A stretch of DNA of 64,000 bases. Origin: a virus (Duplodnaviria; Caudoviricetes). Within the stretch, counting starts at the first letter, position 1. The number at the start of each line of letters is the position of its first letter. The notes under the pieces were generated by a model. It saw nothing but the letters and a program-made list of their open reading frames with translations. It was not told the DNA's origin and ran no database searches. Location: positions 7,010 through 71,009 of IMG/VR virus record IMGVR_UViG_2834101283_000005; one strand, given 5' to 3'. A program made the translations under genes and the position numbers. This document shows, piece by piece, positions 59,104 to 64,000 of this stretch.

Positions 59104-59628
59104 ATGATACAGGAAAATACAATTATTACGGACGGTTCATGTAAGTTCGTAGTACGAAATATTGGTGGGGGGGGGGTAATTTCTAAAGGTTTCATTGCGA
59201 TGTTCGATGGGACTTTTCAGAACGGATACCCCATAGACGAAACCACAGGACTTCCCGATACTCATTGGCATATATGTGATGGCACGAATGGGACTCCCGA
59301 TTTGAGGGATAGGTTTATTGTTGGTTCAGGAAGTTCATATAAGGTGGGCGACAAGGGCGGCGAAGAAAAACATAAGTTAGCGGTAAACGAGTTACCAGAA
59401 AGAACTGTTGTTTCTTTTAAAAACACTAGCGGGAAAGGTATTACCACCCAACCAATTAGAGTCTGGAATACCGAACTTGAGACGATGGTGAATAATGGCT
59501 GGGGAGATTGTAATATTTATGACGCTAAAAATAATGTAACCCCACCATTAACCTCTGGTAATTTATGGCAACCCCACGAAAACCGACCACCATATTACGC
59601 TTTAGCATTTATTAAAAAGATTAGATAG
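59104..59628 (+). CDS. Tail tip module 3 (tail-collar-type) with in-frame G10 (59167-59176)
   Basis: IITDG..KF.V; WHICDGTNGTPDLRDRF; HENRPPYYALAFI. Confidence 0.85.
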   Translation: MIQENTIITDGSCKFVVRNIGGGGVISKGFIAMFDGTFQNGYPIDETTGLPDTHWHICDGTNGTPDLRDRFIVGSGSSYKVGDKGGEEKHKLAVNELPERTVVSFKNTSGKGITTQPIRVWNTELETMVNNGWGDCNIYDAKNNVTPPLTSGNLWQPHENRPPYYALAFIKKIR

Positions 59629-59637
59629 GAGAAATTA

Positions 59638-60135
59638 TTGGACAATATGATTACAGACGGGACAGCTAAGTTTGCTGTCCGCAGCTTCAAATTCAAGGAT
59701 ATTTTAGTTGGCGTATTAGACGCCATTTTCCCCGTCGGGAGCATTTACTTGACAACAGCCGAGGGTAGCCCATTTGAAAGCTTTGAATTTGGCACTTGGG
59801 AACTTGTGTCGCAGGATAGATGCCTGATGGGGGGGGGGGCTAAACACCCTGTAGGAGAGAACGTAGAAGCAGGGCTGCCAAATATTATAGGTGGTGCTAA
59901 TTTTAGAGATTGTACTACCGAAAATAGAGATACGTTAATGCAAGCACACGATGCATTTTATACTAAAAAAACTCTTTGGAAAGGCCGTCATGGGTCACTT
60001 ACTATAGAAGCGAACGAAGACCCATATTATAACTATTTATATATGGATGCTTCTCGTTGTAGCAGCATCTACGGTGCATCCGATACGGTACAGCCCCCTG
60101 CGTACACGGTTTATGTGTACAAAAGAATAGCATAA
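59638..60135 (+). CDS. Tail tip module 4 (FPVGS-type) with in-frame G11 (59829-59839)
   Basis: MITDGTAKF.V; FPVGSIY; EAGLPN; IYGASDTVQPPAY. Confidence 0.85.
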   Translation: MDNMITDGTAKFAVRSFKFKDILVGVLDAIFPVGSIYLTTAEGSPFESFEFGTWELVSQDRCLMGGGAKHPVGENVEAGLPNIIGGANFRDCTTENRDTLMQAHDAFYTKKTLWKGRHGSLTIEANEDPYYNYLYMDASRCSSIYGASDTVQPPAYTVYVYKRIA

Positions 60136-60143
60136 GGAGAAAT

Positions 60144-60653
60144 ATGGAACTATCACAAGATTTACAAAATAAAATTAACGCTGTCGCTGTTACGAGCCAA
60201 ATCAATAAACTATTAATTAAAGTAGCATTGGCGATACTTACGGGGCAGCCATACGACGACATCAAGACTGAATATGAATCAAAATTAGCCGCTGTAGATG
60301 ATACAGTGGCTTTATGTATGCCAGATTACTTCCCTGCTTGGGATGGGAACGGAGTAGCTTATGAAGTTGGGCAAAGGGTTGTGTATGATAATGTTTTATA
60401 TAAAGTCATCACAGCACACACATCACAAGCTACATGGACACCTGTGGATGCTCCGTCATTGTTTGCCAAGGTGCTGACCTCCGACGATGGAACGCCATTA
60501 CCTTGGGAGCAGCCAGACTCGACGAACCCATATATGAAGGGCGACAAAGTGCTCTATAATGGTAAGGTTTATGAGTCGTTGATTGATAATAATGTTTGGG
60601 CACCAGACGCGTATCCTGCAGGATGGAAGGAAATAGGAGACGCAGAAACATGA
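60144..60653 (+). CDS. Protein with tandem CBM5/12-like (chitin-binding type 3) domains
   Basis: PAW...YEVGQRVVY...YKVITAHTSQ.TWTP; Y..GDKV.YNGKVY.S...N.W.P...W. Confidence 0.8.
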   Translation: MELSQDLQNKINAVAVTSQINKLLIKVALAILTGQPYDDIKTEYESKLAAVDDTVALCMPDYFPAWDGNGVAYEVGQRVVYDNVLYKVITAHTSQATWTPVDAPSLFAKVLTSDDGTPLPWEQPDSTNPYMKGDKVLYNGKVYESLIDNNVWAPDAYPAGWKEIGDAET

Positions 60654-61341
60654 TGTTGAATTACTCTGTAACCGAAGTTTTAAACTTGTTAATGATTATT
60701 GGGGTTTTAGCTACATGGTTCCACTATGTAGCCTTGCGCCCTATCAAGCAGCTTTTGTTTGCGCTCAAGGATGAAATTAAAGAGCTGTCGGTCGAAATAA
60801 AAAACAGTCGGGAAGACCGCCGACATTTTGCGGAAAAGTTGTCTGGCCTTGAAGAAAGTCTCAAAGCGGCTCATGCGCGTATCAAGGAATTACGTCAAGA
60901 GCTTTTGACGTTGCGGCGAGAAGTAGAGGATGGCAAGAAATGATAGAAAAAATCGTCAACCTTTTAAACAGCGTAACATCTAAAGCTGTGGCGTTAAAAA
61001 AGCCTATTTTATGGGTTGTCATGGCTTACTTATTGGCTGTAGCTTTTATCGTTGCTGCGGTCATTGTGGGATGGGTTGCCTTATGGTACACGAGTGGCAA
61101 CCCTAATATACCTCAGGGGTTGCAAATCATTCATGAATTGGTTGGCCCGTCTACGGTTGCTTTCGTGACTTTCGTTGCGGGTTGCTTCGTAGACACTAAT
61201 AGCAATAATATCCCCGACAATATGGAAAAGAATGTTTCGAAAAGTGAACCTCAAAAATTGCACAATAAAAATGAAAGTCCGGCAGTTAATTATTGTCCTG
61301 GTAGACGGAAAAGTAAAAATAATGGAGGATTGAATAACTAA
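60650..61341 (+). CDS. Two holin/antiholin-like membrane proteins (60650-60943; 60940-61341)
   Basis: TM helices directly upstream of the endolysin. Confidence 0.65.
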
Positions 61342-61994
61342 TGTTAGGAGAATTATCAGCACGTTATGAATCAAACGGCGATTGTGGCTGCATTTCAAGC
61401 GGCTACAATGACGCCGGGGGTAAATCTTACGGTACGTATCAGTTGGCAAGCGCAGTCGGCAGCGTAGATGAGTACATCAGCTGGCTTTGCGATAAAGGGT
61501 ATTGGTTCGGTAAAGAGCTGGCTAAATATCAGGTAGTTAGTTCTGAATTTGATGCGACATGGCGATGGCTTGCGGAAACCAATAAAGCCGACTTTGAAAA
61601 GTCCCAGCACGACTATATCAAGGAAAAGTATTACGACCACGCAGTTGCTCTTTTGGCTTCTAAAGGCTGGCACATTGAAAACCACAGCGAAGTCATGAAG
61701 GATGTTGTTTGGTCAAGAGCTGTCCAGTACGGCATTGGTGATGGCTCTGGGGCGAATGGCGGCGTAGATGAAATGTGGGACGATGCGGTACACCAGATGT
61801 GGAACGTCAACGATGGCGGTTATACGGGCTATCCTAATTTGTCCTATATTGACGATGCACGGTTCGACTATGACTTCATCTATGCCATCTACATTCTGGT
61901 TTGCTCAAGCCCTGAATGGAATAGCTCGGCCTTGCGGGATAGCCTGAATAACCGATTTGCGGACGAATGTAACAGAGCCTTGGCACGCTTATAG
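61341..61994 (+). CDS. Endolysin, lysozyme-like (VgrG3-C-like muramidase fold)
   Basis: LGELSARYES.G...SG.ND.GGKSYG.YQLAS...VWSRAVQYG. Confidence 0.8.
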   Translation: MLGELSARYESNGDCGCISSGYNDAGGKSYGTYQLASAVGSVDEYISWLCDKGYWFGKELAKYQVVSSEFDATWRWLAETNKADFEKSQHDYIKEKYYDHAVALLASKGWHIENHSEVMKDVVWSRAVQYGIGDGSGANGGVDEMWDDAVHQMWNVNDGGYTGYPNLSYIDDARFDYDFIYAIYILVCSSPEWNSSALRDSLNNRFADECNRALARL

Positions 61995-62002
61995 GTGACT
62001 CA

Positions 62003-62446
62003 ATGTGGAAAGCCGTAAAAATCTTTTGCCTGTGCTTGGCGTTGTCTTGTTCATCTGCTTTTGTTTTGCCATCGCAAGCTGCGTCCACGATAGCAACAAC
62101 GCAGCAAAAGCAGACAGTGACAATATCCGAATCACAGTTGAGCAATCTCAAAAGGACAGCCAGCGAGCTACGGATGAAATTGGAACTGCTCAACAGCAAC
62201 TCTCAAGCGGACAAGAAACGCTTGGAAGAGCTAAATCAACAGTTGCAGACTTACGAGAATCAAATCAATCAAGCGCAGACCTCATTGGCCAATGCACAGA
62301 CTTACTTGACGAACTTGACCGCCAACTTGGAGAAATTGGGAACTCAGGTAAATGAGTTGGAACATAAGTTGGCCGTCAAGAATCGTCAAAATAAGACTGG
62401 TTGGACAGTTGCTGGGATTGCGTTGTTGATGGCCGTAACAAAATGA
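62003..62446 (+). CDS. Spanin-like exported coiled-coil protein (outer frame)
   Basis: N-terminal signal, heptad coil, C-terminal hydrophobic GWTVAGIALLMAV. Confidence 0.65.
   Translation: MWKAVKIFCLCLALSCSSAFVLPSQAASTIATTQQKQTVTISESQLSNLKRTASELRMKLELLNSNSQADKKRLEELNQQLQTYENQINQAQTSLANAQTYLTNLTANLEKLGTQVNELEHKLAVKNRQNKTGWTVAGIALLMAVTK
62005..62355 (+). CDS. Spanin-like lipoprotein fully nested in another frame
   Basis: Hydrophobic signal with lipobox IAS-C and a coiled coil; starts 2 nt after the outer gene. Confidence 0.6.
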   Translation: MESRKNLLPVLGVVLFICFCFAIASCVHDSNNAAKADSDNIRITVEQSQKDSQRATDEIGTAQQQLSSGQETLGRAKSTVADLRESNQSSADLIGQCTDLLDELDRQLGEIGNSGK

Positions 62447-62448
62447 CA

Positions 62449-62485
62449 AAAAAGCCAAAAGAGCCAATTCTTTTGGCTTTTTTTA
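62449..62485. terminator. Terminator ending the lysis operon
   Basis: AAAAGCCAAAAGA...TCTTTTGGCTTTTTTT. Confidence 0.8.
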
Positions 62486-62560
62486 TTAGAAAAATTAATA
62501 TCAATATGGTAAAATAAAATTAAATAGCGACTATTAGAAAACCATGGAAGAGGTTTTTGT

Positions 62561-63010
62561 ATGAATCCATATGTGCAAGATAATGAATTTCCAGATTCAT
62601 TTCCTCGGAATTTTGTGAGTGAAATTTTGCCAGAAAACGCAGTCCCGATAAACTTAAATGTTTATCGAGTATGTTTAGAAGGGGTTATAAATGCAGAAGC
62701 ATTTCAAAGTTCTTTTGAAGCCGAGTCTCGACTAATCAGGCCAAGAGAACTTGATTTAAAAGACCCGTCGACGTATTCAACTAGTTGTTTCGAAAAAGCA
62801 AAAGACATAAAAAGAAGTTTAAAAATGTTTCGAAAGAAAAACCATCCTAAAGCAATAGTGGCTAGAGGAGAAACTGGTACTACTCATGGACTAGTTTTAC
62901 AGGCTCCGCATAAGAGCAAAACAAGCCATGTAAATTGGTGGATTTATAAAGGACATGATGTGTCTGGGAATTTTACAGATGTTACAGATGAGATTGTAGG
63001 GGGAGAATAA
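62561..63010 (+). CDS. Putative ADP-ribosyltransferase-like toxin
   Basis: VYRV...YSTSCF...HVNWWIY, an R/STS-type ART-like pattern; first gene of a low-GC operon. Confidence 0.5.
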   Translation: MNPYVQDNEFPDSFPRNFVSEILPENAVPINLNVYRVCLEGVINAEAFQSSFEAESRLIRPRELDLKDPSTYSTSCFEKAKDIKRSLKMFRKKNHPKAIVARGETGTTHGLVLQAPHKSKTSHVNWWIYKGHDVSGNFTDVTDEIVGGE

Positions 63011-63014
63011 AGTA

Positions 63015-63572
63015 ATGAAAATACCAAAGCCATATTTTACCAATGTCCCCCATGTTGGGGATTTAGAATTTTATTATGCTTTTTACATGCTTGAAAGACC
63101 CATTTTATTTATTTGCAAAGACGCTAACAACAACGTTTATTTGTGTTCATGTTGTGAGTTGTACCCAGAATTACAATGGGTAATAGCTAAGATTTCTATT
63201 CAAGAGATACTTTCTTTAATCGATAATAAGCTTTCACTGTTTGACATTTTCCAGTCAAGTGAAAACAAATGGGTTGCCGAATGGAAAGAAGGAGATTTAA
63301 CAGAACGTATTTATGAAGTGAATTTATTTGACGATGATATGTTGCCTGACCAAGGCGAATTCCTAGATGCAGAAGATGGCGAATTTAACGATGTTGCTTC
63401 TGTGTTATTGGCAGAAAATATTGACACTAATGATATTCAATATGACCAAGACGATGGAGTTGGGGCTTCCGAATACTTCTCCGAAGGGGTTTATGTATGT
63501 AACTTTAATTGGTCAAGTGAAATTAACCAAAAAACGATTAGTCTTGCTGACAATTTCTCATCAGCGGCATAG
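63015..63572 (+). CDS. Putative antitoxin (DUF6575-like) with acidic, aromatic C-terminal tail
   Basis: FYYAFY...PILFICKD...YLC; tail ends LADNFSSAA. Confidence 0.5.
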   Translation: MKIPKPYFTNVPHVGDLEFYYAFYMLERPILFICKDANNNVYLCSCCELYPELQWVIAKISIQEILSLIDNKLSLFDIFQSSENKWVAEWKEGDLTERIYEVNLFDDDMLPDQGEFLDAEDGEFNDVASVLLAENIDTNDIQYDQDDGVGASEYFSEGVYVCNFNWSSEINQKTISLADNFSSAA

Positions 63573-63586
63573 TAAAAAAGGAGGGG

Positions 63587-64000
63587 TTGATTTTGGAAGA
63601 AAGTCACGTTCAGTTTAAGCAACCAATGTTAGAAGAATGTTGCTTTAGTGTTAATAAAGGTTTTTTTAAAGCGGACAAAAAAAACACAAGTAAATCCCAA
63701 AAAATAAAGTTACCATTAAAAACCGAAATTAATGTGGGGGAAATAATAGATAATAAATCGTTTGTCTCGTTATTGGTAGAAGTTGGCGAGAAAAATAACA
63801 ATACCCCATTTTACGCTCGCACCAAAATGAGTAGTTTGTTTGTTTTAGGAGAAGGCTTATCAGAAGATGAATGTGAAAGTTTTTTAAAAATAAATGCTCC
63901 GGCATTATTATTGAGCTACACTCGTCCCATTATCGCATCGTTAGTTAACGATGCTGCCCTTCCTAAATATAACATTCCTTTTATAAATTTTACTAAATAA
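63587..64000 (+). CDS. SecB-like chaperone
   Basis: NAPALLLSYTRPIIASLVNDAALPKYNIPFINF is a SecB-family C-terminal signature. Confidence 0.8.
   Translation: MILEESHVQFKQPMLEECCFSVNKGFFKADKKNTSKSQKIKLPLKTEINVGEIIDNKSFVSLLVEVGEKNNNTPFYARTKMSSLFVLGEGLSEDECESFLKINAPALLLSYTRPIIASLVNDAALPKYNIPFINFTK

Noticed and set aside
57900-60135. Diversity-generating retroelement (TR/VR) at the repeated IYGxSDTVQPPAY ends
   Set aside because: The copies differ at synonymous positions involving all bases rather than only at adenines, and there is no reverse transcriptase in the window.
58129-60135. Shufflon or invertible tail-fibre cassettes
   Set aside because: All modules are on the same strand, with no inverted crossover repeats and no adjacent invertase.

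Overview
The whole window is part of a large tailed dsDNA phage or prophage with a siphovirus-like morphogenesis module. The host is probably a Firmicute, and the nested Rz/Rz1-like pair suggests a diderm Negativicutes host (inference). Layout: replication and nucleotide metabolism (0-21 kb: dnaE, SSB, primase, helicase, RNA ligase, methyltransferases, dUTPase, nrdDG); an AT-rich early/accessory region of small genes with strong sigma70 promoters (21.5-28.7 kb); a non-coding origin/packaging-like region, a short tyrosine recombinase, TerS, a large structured ncRNA candidate and 3 tRNAs (28.7-33.1 kb); head and tail genes (33-60 kb); lysis genes and a low-GC three-gene moron (60-64 kb). Most notable: (1) a group I intron splitting the tape measure gene that has no homing endonuclease but carries a type I toxin-antitoxin-like unit and an antisense membrane-protein gene; (2) four stand-alone tail-fibre tip modules with G10-11 tracts, suggesting phase-variable host range without invertase or DGR; (3) a dual-coding C5-methyltransferase locus whose two overlapping frames are both broken by one G10 tract; (4) an ART-like toxin/antitoxin/SecB-like chaperone operon; (5) a ROOL/GOLLD-like large RNA candidate; (6) twin RHH-repressed early operons with distinct operators. 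All family assignments come from motif recognition by eye; no database searches were run.
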